A model generated the notes under the pieces. That model worked only from the letters and a program-made list of their open reading frames with translations, did not search any database and had not been told where the DNA came from. The position numbers and the translations under genes were made by a program. A DNA stretch of 64,000 nucleotides from Cladosporium halotolerans (Eukaryota): NCBI RefSeq assembly GCF_011745625.1, contig NW_027191452.1:1116001-1180000 (forward strand). Reading direction: 5' to 3'. Of the stretch, positions 35,318 to 48,049 are shown piece by piece (within the stretch, counting starts at the first letter, position 1; the number at the start of each line of letters is the position of its first letter).

Positions 35318-38300
35318 ATGGCCGCCAGCAATGACGTCTCGAACAAGTGTAAGTGGTGATACCCCTCTTCGTGTGACTAGGCAAGCGACAAGGAAATGCA
35401 TCGGACATAGCATTCGAGTGTTTATCAGTGGCATGCTGACATGCTGGCAGCGGGAGAGTCCTCCAAGCAAACCCCGAACGGCACTACCGCCGAGCACGCG
35501 ACCAACGGCACCGCACAAGATGGAGCTGTTACATCCGCAGACACACCTGACGACGTTGCCGACGACATCCCTCAGGGCCCCGAGAGCGTTTTCCAGCTTA
35601 CAATCAAGCTCCCGCACACCCCTGGTCAGACACAGTTGATGGTCTCAACACAAGAGCAGGTGCAGGACATCAGGCAGTCCATTGTTGACCAGCCGCATAC
35701 TTTCCAGTACTCATGCTTCCACCTGGAGCACAAGGGCAAGCGCATCAACGACTTTGTTGAGCTGTCCGAAGTGCCGGAGATCATGGAGGACCCTGTCTGC
35801 ACGCTGGTGGAGGACCCGTACACGGAATCGCAGGCGCGTATGCACATTGTGCGCGTGAGGGAGCTGATCGGTGCGGCTGGTGACAGGACTGATCTGGTTA
35901 TGGGAATTGATGCTGGTACCAGCCTTTGCGATCAGGTCGAGATCACGGATACCAAAGATCAGAACCAGGACACCAACCCTGTAACTGGATACGATCTCGA
36001 CGCTCCTGGCCCTATCTCTGCTATGCTCGCTAAGCCCAGGGATGCGGCGCCTAAGACCGTTAAGAGCCTGTCTCTCTCGCCCTGGAACCCGCCTCCATAC
36101 AACTTGCGAAACCGTGGACATCTCCTGTACCTTCAGGTCACCACCAACGAGGGTGAGCAGTACGCCATCACTTCTCACGTTTCTGGCTTCTACGTCAACC
36201 GCTCGACCAACCAGAAGTTTGACCCTGCGCCTAAAACCTCGCCCAAGGCATACGCGGCTCACTCCCTCATCTCCCTCATCGCTCAGATCTCGCCCTCATT
36301 CGACGCATCCTTCACCCGCCTCCAAGAGTACAACGGCCAGCGGGATCCCCTCGCATCCTACCAGCTGTCTAACAGCATTCCCGCAGCGCCATGGCTTGTT
36401 CAGTCCTCCTCTCTGCAGCAGCACCAGCCGGATCTGGCTCGCTCGCAGGAGGCTCTTCTTCTCTCTGGCGCCGACAACATGGAAACCCTGCGCGACTGGA
36501 ATGAGGAGTTCCAATCGACCCGTGAGCTTCCGAAGGAGACCGTCCAGGACCGCGTGTTCAGGGAGAGGCTCACGAGCAAGCTTTTCGCGGAATACAACGA
36601 GGCTGCGGTGCGTGGTGCCTGTCTTGTGGCCCGCGGCGAGGTTCAGCCGCTGAACCCTACAGAAGAGAGGGATGCGCAGATTTTCGTATACAACAACGTC
36701 TTCTACTCTTTCGGTGCTGATGGTGCGGGTACCTTCACCAGCGATGGTGGTGATGAGGCTGCTCGTGTGGCTGTTGGCAAGGATGTTCAGGGCGTCAAGA
36801 ATGTCAACCAGATGGATATTGATGGTCTTTGCACACCCGGCACCGTTGTCGTGGACTACCTCGGCAAGCGCATTGTTGGCCAGAGCATTGTTCCTGGAAT
36901 CTTCAAGCAGCGCGACCCTGGTGAGAACCAGATCGACTACGGCGGAGTCGAGGGCAAGGATGTCATTGCTGAGCACGAGGGCTTCGTCAAGCCGTTCAGC
37001 GAGCTCAGCAAGAACATGCGCGTCAAGCAGCACGCCGTCTGGGACAAGGAGGGCAAGAGGCACGACCTTGAGGCTTCCGTCGAGACCAAGGGCCTGCTCG
37101 GCACTGACGGCAGGAAGTACGTGCTTGATCTCTACCGCGTTACCCCTCTCGACATCGCTTGGCTCGAGCAGCACCGTGGTGATGGACAGACCGAAGACAA
37201 GCGCTACCCTCACCGCATGACCGTGCTTCGCCCGGAGCTGGTTGACTCCTACCGTATCTCTAAGCTCAGGGAATACATCTCCAAGAAGCTGGAGGAGAAG
37301 CGGGAAGCCAAGAAGGCCGAGGAGGCCGAGAAGAAGGATGAGGCTAAGGACGGCGAGGAGCAGCCCAAGCAGCAGGAGTCTGTGGACGTTTCTGGCTTCT
37401 CTTTCACCCTTAACCCTGATGTCTTTTCTGGCCAGCTGCCCGAGACCGACGAGGAGAAGGCCAGCTACCAGCAGGACGAGGCTGATGTCCGCACTGTCTG
37501 CGAGTACCTGAGATCGGATGTGATTCCTCGCTTCCTGCGTGATCTCCAGGAGGGCGAGACTGGTTTCCCGATGGATGGCTCCAGCCTGACCAGCACTCTG
37601 CACAAGCGTGGTATCAACGTGCGTTACCTTGGCGAGCTCGCTCGTCTGGCTGGCGAGAAGGAGGACAACAGGATGCAGGCTCTCAAGCAGCTTTGCGTCC
37701 AGGAAATGGTCAGCAGAGCGTTCAAGCACGTCGCCAACAAGCAGCTGCGTGACTTGCCGCCCGCTTTCTCGCAGAGCTGCATTGCTCACCTCCTCAACTG
37801 CTTGCTCGGCGCCGAGTACAACGCTCAGCCGCAGCCTGAGTTCGACCAGGAGCTGAAGGCGATTTACACTGAGACTGACTTCAGCGTTGAGAAGATCACT
37901 CCTGAGACCCTCAAGGAGGAGATCGTTCGCCAGGTCGCCCTACGCTACAGGCACAGCATTGACGGCGATGTCGTCCAGTCTGGCAAGCAGCTCCAGATGC
38001 TACGCGAGGTCTCTTTGAAGCTTGGTTTCCAGCTTGAGGCTAAGGAGTACGCCTTCGCCAAGTCTGCTGCTACCGAGCAGTCTGACCTGAAGCAGAAGCA
38101 GTCCTCCGACTCGCTGAAGGTGCCGCAAACTAACGGTACTGGCGCTACCGAGGGCGGCAGCAAGAAGAACAAGAAGAAGAGGAACGGAGACCGTTCGCCC
38201 GCTCGCCCTGAGGCTGTTGCGCCGTCCGCGCCCGCAGCGACCTTCCACCCTGACAATGTTTTCAACACTGTTCCGATTGTGAAGGAAGCGTCGCCGCGCA

Positions 38301-39259
38301 GTGTTCTCGCCGAGGAGGCGCTTGACGCTGGCCGCATGAGCATCCAACAGGACCAAAAAGACCTGGGTCAGGAGCTCCTGCTCGAGAGCTTAAGCTTGCA
38401 TGAGCAGATCTACGGTATCCTGCACCCTGAGGTCGCTCGTGTGTACTACGCTCTCTCCACCATCTACTACAGTCTGGATGAGAAGGCCGGCGCCGTCGAG
38501 CTCGCCAAGAAGGCCGTCATTGTCTCCGAGCGCACCCTCGGTGTTGACTCTACTGAGACCATTCTTGCCTACCTCAACCTGTCTCTTTTCGAGCACGCCA
38601 CTGGCAACACCAGGAACGCGCTTGCGCTTGTGCGCCACGCTCTTGACCTCTGGAAGGTCGTGTACGGCATCAAGCACCCTGACTCCATGACCACCATCAA
38701 CAACGCTGCGGTCATGCTGCAGACACTCAAGCACTTCCACGACTCCCGCGTCTGGTTCGAGGCTTCTCTCGCCATTTGCGAGGAGGTTGCCGGCAAGCAG
38801 AGCATCAACACTGCCACTCTCCTCTTCCAGCTCGCCCAGGCCCTCGCACTTGACCACGACAGCAAGACCGCCGTGACCAAGATGCGCGAGTCCTACAACA
38901 TCTTCAAGACCGAGCTGGGCGCCGACAACCAGAACACCAAGGAGGCCGAGACCTGGCTCGAGACCTTGACCCATTCTGCCGTGAGCCAGGCCAAGCAGGC
39001 GCAGCAGCTGCTCACCAACCGCAGGATCCTCATGCGCAATGGTCGCCCCGGTGCCTCGAAGACCGTCATGGGCACCCGCCCGCAGCCGCCTGTCGGCCAG
39101 AGCGCGAACAAGATGCCTGAGGCTCTGCAGCAGGCCACTGGCCGCACTGACCAGAAGAGCATGGACGAGCTGCTGAAGTACATCAATGGCGAGAGCTCGA
39201 GCAAGCAGACGCCGAAGAAGAAGACGACCAACCCCAAGAAGAGGCAGCAGAAGGCCTAA
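35318..39259 (+). CDS. CLU1: Clustered mitochondria protein; intron 35349-35450
   Basis: Clu domain 'LRDWNEEFQSTRELP', 'GTDGRKYVLDLYR', 'HKRGINVRYLG', C-terminal TPR repeats. Confidence 0.95.
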
Positions 39260-40128
39260 ATGTTGGTCCCATGAGCGCCTGATTTATTGAAGGGACAAAA
39301 GTTTATGATGAAACGAGGCCAGGAAGGTTCCTTGCGGAGGTGAAAACGGGCTCCACAAAATGGGGGTGGTTGGCGAGTCCTTGCATTTTTATCACGCGTT
39401 ACAGATACCAGAGCGTGGCGCCTGCTTTGGAACTGGCGCCTTTGGTCAATGTAGAGTATTAGATCTCGACTCAAAAAGTCCGGAGAGCTGTAGAAATATG
39501 TACGATAGCTGTTAGGATCTTCTCAAGCTTGAAAGTGCGACACATCGCTCTGTTCCATGTTATGGGTAGGGTCCATGATGCCTGTTCTTTGGTTTTGTGC
39601 ACCATGCCGTCGTCGGCAGACTACCGCTGGCAGACCGCGGGCCTTTTAGGCTTGGGGTTTTATGAGTCGGAAAGAATGGCAACTAAGCAATGGTCATTAG
39701 CACTTGAATAGCCATTCTGCGATGTTTTCGTCAGATTACAATATATCCCATGTCACGGACATCAAATGTTAATGTTATGGAGCGTGGCAATCTCTGAGCG
39801 TGGTCTTTGCAAATTCGATCTCTTCACACAATTCAAGCTCTTCTAATTAGGCATGCCCCTCAAATTTCATTGTTACGCTGCTCAACCCGAATGCCACAAT
39901 CCTTGACCCTCAAGCTTCCCCGTTGAGCCTTTTCGGTGCAGACCCAAGCTCAGATGCTCTAGCATGTACTGCCGAGATTGTCGCTTCCACGTTCTCTCCC
40001 ACAAGTCACAAGTCGCAAGCATTGTGATCTTGCTATTTGTCGCCAGCTTCGTGCTCACAATGGTCAAGGTGAGCGAGGTTGTGCGGTCGCTGTCGGCGAT
40101 AGTAAACTTAGTCAATTATCGGTGCTCC

Positions 40129-41916
40129 TCACGGTTTCAACGGCTTACGAGATGTGGATAAGGTCGTCTTGATGGGCGGGACCGACGGCCTCGTGTACTG
40201 AGGCCTCTTCTCCCCGTCACGCAACAACTTCCCCCGTTTGACGTGATCAGACAAAGCCAGTACGTCGTCAACAACCGCGAGCAGCCTCTTGCGAGCGCTC
40301 TCAGGGTCAAGATGACCTGAGGAGCGATCTTGCGCGTTTACATTGCGAGATAGAGCATTCTTGAAAAATGAAATCGTTGCTTCTTCGATTCTTTCCTTGA
40401 GGAATTGATCAATGAACTCGATATTCTGCACGACTTGGCGGTTTTGGTCATAAGCATCAGACGTGAGTTGCATCAGCAACTCAATAATGGCGAGCAAGAT
40501 GCGAACCTTCTCCACCTGTTTATTAGTGTCGCGGTAGCAAAACCGTGGCATAGACCAGGTCGACGTGCTATGAATAACGTAGAGCATGGTATGGACTACG
40601 CTTGTTGGCTCACATGTCTTGCTCATCTCTGCCTGTTCTTGTTCGATGATCCGGAGAGCATTCAGCAAGTGGGTCTTCAATCCGCGCAGTGCATCTGCTA
40701 CGGTCTGTGCCTGCCTAGCGAGACTCTTTGACATCGCGCTTTGCTCCTCGAGAAACTCGCTGAACTGGGCAATGAATATAGCAGTATGGGTATGTGAGAA
40801 GCTATCCGGCCAGATGTACGAGAAAACTTTTTCGATCCATTACTCGATATTCGAGCGGCGCGACTCCATCGCAAGAGTTACTTCGCTAGCTTTGCTAAGG
40901 CGGTCGATTTTAAGGAGAAGATTGTCGCGGTAATGATCCTCTGTGGTATGGAATTGGACCATTACATTCGACACAGCAGGCCCAGCTGAGAACACTGCGT
41001 CTAGGGAGGCAAGAAGGTCTTCTCGATCCCTGAAGGCCCTCTTTCCGAGTAGAACGAAGTTCGTGACAGAGGAGACCAGGTTGTCTATGTCACCGAAGGC
41101 CTTGAGTGTGAACTCCACGTGAGATTCCTTAGAAGCAAGACGTTTCAGGACTTTTTCAGTTTTGCCAAGACTATGAGCTACGGTCGGAGACGGTGTAAGG
41201 GTGTGGTGTGAAATGGGCGGTCTGAAGGCAGTGCAGATGTCGGGTGCTCCAAGCCACGTCAGATAATGGCTCGATTGGCGCAAAGCCAATGAGCTTGCGC
41301 AGCTCTCGTGAGCAGTATTCAGTATTGCAACGATCGAGAGAAGCAAGACTAGTGGGATTACGAGAATAGGCCAAGTACGGCTAAGAAGCCAGACGCTAGT
41401 GTTAGCAAGCCAGAGGAGAGGCTCCAGCGCTTGATACAGCGAATTGTCGCGACGGGCCACAGTGGCATGCTGGGCAACTCCGTGGACGGTGCCGTGTACA
41501 ATCTGTTTCGCCGCGGGACTGCGCTTCGCCTCGAGATGCTCGTACACTAATCGATTGCAGCGGCCGCGCTGCCGTGTCTGCTCGAGGCCGGATTGCAGGT
41601 CAGTACTGCTGCGTGAGTCGCCGCCATTGTCGTCGCTGGAAGTGCCCGGACTAGCATGGATGGCGTCTGCAGGAGGATGGTCTGGTTTGGTCGACTTGCT
41701 GGAAGAACGATGTTTCGCGCTCACTCGGCCTAGCGCAGTCCCCGAAGCGCTGGAGCGTCTACGGCGACGAGAAGTCATGATTGGTGTAGAGTGGATGAGA
41801 TGTTGCAAGGACGGAGCAGCAGTGAACGAGCAGATATCGCAGGGATATGGCAGTGAAGCCGCAGCAGATTGTCGTCGCCACTCGGACATGGCAAGGGGGC
41901 GCTTAAAATCAGCCAT
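40129..41916 (-). pseudogene. TM plus coiled-coil protein interrupted by one in-frame TAA (40840-40842); pseudogene or cryptic intron
   Basis: ORFs 40840-41916 and 40129-40734 share a frame, and the 35 codons between them are open. Confidence 0.55.
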
Positions 41917-42539
41917 CAGCGTGCTCCCTCGATACCTTTACCAGCGCAAGCAAGGCACGCAAACCTTGCGCGCTTTGCGTTCGCGAGCCTTGCATCGTGC
42001 TCCCAATGCTCTCACATCCCCTGAAAAACACCACCCATGCCCATCACTTGGCCATCTCCCATCTCGTCCTTCCCTGCCGTCCGCACACCGCGATATGTGC
42101 TGCTGCCATGTGGCTGGGCTCCCATAATCAGACGACGGTCAGCACGCCTGTATTGATGCTCGCATCAGCAACAGCGGCAACGCAGGGCTCTGCTCGAAAC
42201 ATCCTGGGTCCATGGCTACCTGGCGGCAAATTTCGCAATCTACACAAGGCGCCGGGATCTGCATCGGCCTTAGATCAATGGTGATGAGGTTTCTGCCTGG
42301 GGTGTTGTGTCTAGCATGTGGCGACCGCAGAGGCTTGGCGACGATGTTCTAGTCTGATGCTGGGAAGCCGAGATGATGAGCAAGACATTTTGGTTTTGAA
42401 GAATTATTCAGGCAGAGAGCGGCATTCATGGTATTGAAGTGGAGGTGCCTAACCGGTTTCGAGCGGGAACATTGTCGACGGCTGATAGACAAGGGCCTTC
42501 CACAAGCAGGATAGCGCGTACCTTATCACGTCAACGTCA

Positions 42540-45247
42540 ATGCTTCCACCATCATTACCTGCCTTTTCCTCCTCGACTTTCAGGTGTCAAAAACTGCATA
42601 CGAAACCAAGTGACCCTTCAGGACCTCGGTCGCATAATGCACGCTGGCACGGTGGTAACGCGACGCTGATTCGAAACACAACGTTCTGGACCGGTGAGCC
42701 AGTAGACGGACAATATATCTGGCAGCATGGCGACGTATTGTTGGACCAGGGCCTGATCACGCGCGTGTCGAGCAGTATCGCAGACGATGATCTGCCTAAG
42801 GACTGTGCCGTTCACGATGGGAGTGGCAAAATGCTTACCGCCGGCATTGTCGACATGCACTCGCACGCAGGAGACTCACCTCTACCGGAGACTCGCGGAG
42901 GTACTGATGACAACGAGATGAGCTCTGACACGACGCCCTACGTCCGATCTCTCGATGCTATCAACCCGCTGGACTATCAGATTGAGGTCATCAAGTCGGG
43001 AGGCGTGACCACATCTCTTATTTTGCCCGGCAGTGGCAATGTAAGCTTGTTCCTCTCCGCGCTCGAATTCAATGATCCTAGAAATCGCTAACAGCCCTCC
43101 AGAATATCGGCGGCGAGGCTTTCGTGATAAAGCATGCGGTCGGCAAATCAGATGGTCGCCCAGAATTAAGCGCCGAAGACATGCTGGCTGACCCCGATCG
43201 CAACTGGAGATACATGAAGATGGCCTGTGGCGAGAATGCCAAAGCAGTCTACGGGCGAGTGGGTCGCGACTTTGGTCCAGTGTCGCGCATGGGAGAGGCT
43301 TGGGAATTCAGACACGCATTTGACCAAGCGAGAGACCTCGTTCAAGCACAAGATGACTGGTGTGCAGCTGCCGATCAAGTCGGAGCCGAAGCAATGCAAG
43401 AATACTTGCCGCAAGACCTGAAGCGAGAGAGTCTTGCCGCGGTGTTGCGAGGGCAGGTCCACGTCAATACTCACTGCTATACCGTTCCCGACCTAGAGGC
43501 TTTCGTCCGTCACACGAACGAGTTCAAGTTCCCTGTGAGGGCGTTTCACCATGCTCACCAGACATATCTCGTTCCCGAGATTCTGAAGCGGAACTACGGC
43601 GGACGGGCACCAGCTGCAGCACTTTTTGCCGACAACATGTACTACAAGGTCGAAGCGTACATCGGCTCTGAACAAGCTGGTAAGATACTCCATGAGAATG
43701 GCATCACTCCAGTCTACGTCTCGGATAACCCTGTGCTTAACGCACAGCATGTCCTCTTTGAGGCTGCCAAGGCTTACAAGTACGGACTTCCTTACCATGT
43801 CGCACTTGCTGGCGTCACTAGTGCGTCTGCAGAGCTGCTTGGACTGGGTGAAAGGATTGGCAAAGTGAAAGAAGGCTTTGATGGAGATCTCGCCCTTTGG
43901 GATTCAGACCCTCTGAGTGTCGGAGCTACTCCTGTGCAAGTCTGGATTGATGGCATTAGCCAGTTCCAAGACCCAGTGGAGCTGAAGAAGCCGAGTGCAA
44001 AGCCAATCGATCGTGAGGCTGCGCTGGAGCCTTCCACTGGAACATCTGACAAGGTCAAGAGCATTGTCTTTACTGGAGTATCGAAATTGCTACTTTCAGA
44101 TGTGCAGACTGAGTTCAGTGAGCTGCCAATCAACGTTGTGGTGAAGAACGGCAGAATTGATTGCACCGGTCCCTGCGAGGACGTGATCGGCAGCCTCTCA
44201 GATGCGAAGACTGTGCATCTTTCTGACGGCTATTTCGCCCCTCCAGCGACAGCTTTCGGCTCATACCTGGGTGTGGAGGAGATTTCAGCGGAGGAGGTGA
44301 CAAACGACGGCGGCAACAATGCCCAGAGCTTCAGTGCTGCTATTGACGGATTATCCCTGGACAGCAAGTCGCTCGAAGCAGCCTATGCGCATGGAGTCAC
44401 TCGTGCCATCTCAGCTCCTGCCTATGAGGATGGTGGTCACAAGGGAGTTAGTGTCGCCTTTCGCGTGAATGCGAAGCACGCTCTTGAGAAGCACGCCATT
44501 CTCAGAGATCACGTTGCCGTTCACTATCCGCTCACCCTCGACGCAAGAGGCGACAACACGCCTTCCATCTCCAGCCTGGTAGATGCACTGAAAGTGAAGC
44601 TCCTCAAGGCTCTCTCAGCGAACGAAACAACAGCCCCCACGAACACAGAAGCCGAATCCCTTCGCAGCATCGTCCACGACGGAACACCGCTGGTGATCAC
44701 AGTACACAAAGCCGACACCATCGCCTCTCTCATCCGCATGAAGTCCGCAATTGACGCTCGCATCAAGGAGGCCACGTCTTCCTCGGCGAGCCTGCTACGC
44801 CTGATCATCCTCGGCGGCGCAGAAGCCCACCTCCTTGCACCCGAGCTCGCGGCGGCAAACGTCAGTATCGTGCTCGCTCCGCCGTTCCCGTACGCTGAGA
44901 GCTGGGATCAGCGCCGCAGCCTGACCGGTGCGCCTTTGACAAACGGAACTGCGATCGACGTCTTGCTCGAAGCAGGCGTCAACTTGGCGCTTGGCACAGC
45001 CGAGGACTGGCAGACGAGGGATCTGTACCTGTTCGCTGGCATTGCGCATGCGAACGGCGGTGGCAAGATTAACGAAAAGGAGGCGCTGGGATTGGTGAGC
45101 GGTAATGTGTACGAGATGCTTGGACTGGAAGGGTTGAAAGGTGACTGGCGCGACGAGTGGGTCGTTTCTGAGGGTCATCCTCTTCAGATTCCGAGTCGGA
45201 TTGTTGCTGTTGCCGACGGTAATGGCGAAGTGGATGTGTGGAGTTAG
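42540..45247 (+). CDS. Tandem-domain metal-dependent amidohydrolase; intron 43041-43102
   Basis: 'GIVDMHSHAG' (HxH), 'GGVTTSLILPGSGNNIGG', 'MKMACGEN', 'SDNPV', 'GKVKEGFDGDLALWD'; second degenerate repeat domain. Confidence 0.88.
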
Positions 45248-45507
45248 TCGAACTTGGCACATACTCTACGGAATTCTTCGAGGGTTCAGTAGTGAAGGGA
45301 CTCTCACAGGATATTGTTAGACAGGACTAGGATTGCGAAATTGAAATGTCCTTGTCCTTTCAGCTACGCCATTTGATATAATTTTGCATGAAAAGCTTGT
45401 GACTGAAACCATTGACAGTGCTGGAATAACCTCCCCCAACATGCTTTCGTAAAACAATGTCTTTCTCCATGCACCCCACTGCCCGCTTGTGTCGACCGAC
45501 CATGTCC

Positions 45508-47409
45508 TCAAATGTCGAGAGGCGCTCCTCCAACAGTGTAGTGCCCTGAAACCGAAGCCTTCTGCGGAGGCTCTGGACCCATGACAGGCTTGGACGGAGC
45601 AGCTCCGCCCTCGCCGTCAGCCGGATCCCAGCCCTCCAACTCCTCTCTGGCCCGTTCCTTTGCAGCCTCAGTGGCACTCTCAATCTTCGTCATCATTCTC
45701 TCCTCGAGCTTCTTCGCTGCTTCAGCGGTGCCGCGCTCTGCAGCATCCCGGACACATGTGGCAAGCATGGCCCAAATCGTGTAGACAGCGTCGTTGCCGG
45801 CGTTATGCAGGTGCCATGCGGCAAAGTCGAAATCGTTCATGATAGCTCCGAGCCCGCGAGGAATTGGATCGCGGGTATACGCCTGGTACATTGCTTTCGT
45901 ATCCAGTGTGGCGAGCATGGTGCCGCGACCGAGAACGGAGAAGCCAAGCTTATGGCAATACTGGACGTCTTGCCCAATGTCGTGCCCAAGCAAGACGATG
46001 TTGCGCTTGTTCTGAGGGTCTTCAATATTTGACACGCCTGCCGGGTTGCTGAATGGCTCATGGAAGCACTGTGTGAGAACGCTCGGCATTGACTTGAGGG
46101 CGACCCACTCGCTGTTCCCAAACTCGAAGTGCTCTGGACAACCAGCGACGAATTTGCCGTTCACGTAGCCTTTGTGCTCGATGACTCTGAAGTGGCGTGC
46201 ACGAACGAATTGATGCCAGTTCTGTCCGCTCTTGCCAGGAGCTGTGTCTTGGAGGTCTCTGGTATCAAGAGTGCTCACGCCAACTTCGGTGATGATGTTG
46301 TGGGCCCGTTCGTAGGACTCGACATCGACTGAAATGATGACGACGTCGGAATCGCATGGATGGCAGGCGGGCTCCTCGACATTCAGAGAAGCAGTTGCGA
46401 GGCTATTAATGTCGGTCAAACCCTCTGGATGTTCCACAGCACGCAGCCCTAGGAAGCGCTGCGCCTGAGCAAGTTGCCTGCCCATGCTCTGACGCTGCAG
46501 GACATTGCGTTCATGCTTCTCCTTGTTCTTCTTCTTAGATTTGTTCTTGGCGGCTTCAGTTGCAAGTGCCATCTTCTCTTTGAAAGCTTTCAAGCTACGG
46601 TCCTCGGGCGGTGCCATCTGCGGCTGTAATTCATAAGGCTCAACGCCGCGGAGGAAGAAATCGTACTGGCTACGATTGACGGTCGTGCCCAGGAAATACG
46701 GACGATAGGCCGGGTTGGGATCGTCAAAAGTGATGAGGAGACCCTCGTCCTCGTGGCGGCTATCGAATTGCCAATTGAGGCTTTCAAAGTCGGCGTTCAC
46801 TTCGTCAATCAGATCTTGAGCTTGGCTGACAGTGACGAAAGTGATCGGCTTGGCGGTCTGCTCATTCCAGGTATAGTAGCTGATGAGGGCTATCAGTATG
46901 GACGACATGAGGGCTTCAGGTATGATAGCATATGCTTACATATCCCAAGGTCGATTGTATATCTTCCCTTCATCGAAAAAGGCTGTGGCGAGCGGTTGCT
47001 TGAACTTGGGGTCGACAAATTTGTAGGGGAACTTGGTGATGGCAAGGAACGGGCAAAAACTCATGCCCAGGTTGGATTCCTGGCCCTTGCGCGGATCCAA
47101 AGTGAAGTCGTCGGAGGTAGAGCCTTCACCTGATGCGTGCTGGGACACGTTACGAGCTTGCTGATTAGCGTAGGAAGGTGCCGAGTGCGCGAGAGAAGGT
47201 TCGGATGCAATGAAATCGTCAATGGTTTGCAGATTTCCGAAAGCGTCCACGATCTGGTGCGCGTCGTCCGAGTCGTCTTGCACCTCGGGCGCTATCTCAT
47301 CTCCGTGGGCTCCAGCGTCTGCTTTCGGCGGCGGTGTCGGTAGGCGAGGTGGAAGGTTTTGCTCTCCACCCATGAGCCGCGTGAAGATCTCAAAGCGATT
47401 GGCCGCCAT
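45508..47409 (-). CDS. QDE-2-interacting protein (QIP)-like / Gfd2-YDR514C DEDDh exonuclease; intron 46880-46939
   Basis: 'SVDVESYE..ITEVG', 'LLGHDIGQD', 'LDT', 'HNAGNDAVYT'; N-terminal 'FCPFLAITKFPYKFV'. Confidence 0.8.
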
Positions 47410-47567
47410 GTTGCTAGTTAGGTAGTCGCGCAGGTCAAAATTTGGCGGGAAGCGTCAGTGGGAGTGGGAGTTGAAGTGAGGGAAAGAACGGCTTGCCAGC
47501 AAGCACGATAACTTGTGAGCGTGGTTCGGAGGTCGCGTGGCATCGCTCTAAAGGCAAGTAATGAGTG

Positions 47568-47803
47568 CACGTGAATTTTGCACGCGGGAGCATGTGATCA
47601 TAATTCAGAGGTGTATGATAATCACGTCCGTTGTGTGCTCTACATCACATCCTCAGCCTGACTGCGAGTCTTGCTCGTCAAAGTCCAAGTGATGAATCAA
47701 CGTGTTCACGAGGCTGGCCGCGCACGTCCCCTACACGTGAGAGCAGCCCAAAATGAAATACAGAAGAGTCAAGCAGTGTCAACGGAGCTGACTCGTCACG
47801 TGA
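47568..47803. promoter_or_regulatory. Three CACGTGA E-boxes in the divergent QIP/BBP promoter
   Basis: CACGTG at 47568, 47734 and 47797 within a 640-bp head-to-head spacer. Confidence 0.35.
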
Positions 47804-48049
47804 GTGCACTTTGAGTCCGAGGAGTCGACCTGCAGTGCTGATGCGAGTGAGTGTTGTGCCTCCCTAGAGCGCCTGACGTGCCTTGGTGCCTGGTCCCTGA
47901 GTGACAACTCGCTCGATGTGGCCCGTGCACACGCTAGCAAGAGCGCCCTCCAAGCTTCCACTTCGAGTCGCGCTCAACCTCGACACAACTTCCACTCTCA
48001 GTGCTCCACCATCCAACCTCACCGCCGACTACCGCATCGCATCATCAAC

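Noticed and set aside
36296..38974. Long antisense ORFs opposite CLU1 (likewise opposite GT90, the sulfotransferase and the 1.1-1.9 kb gene)
   Set aside because: Shadow ORFs caused by high GC3 codon bias on the real coding strand.
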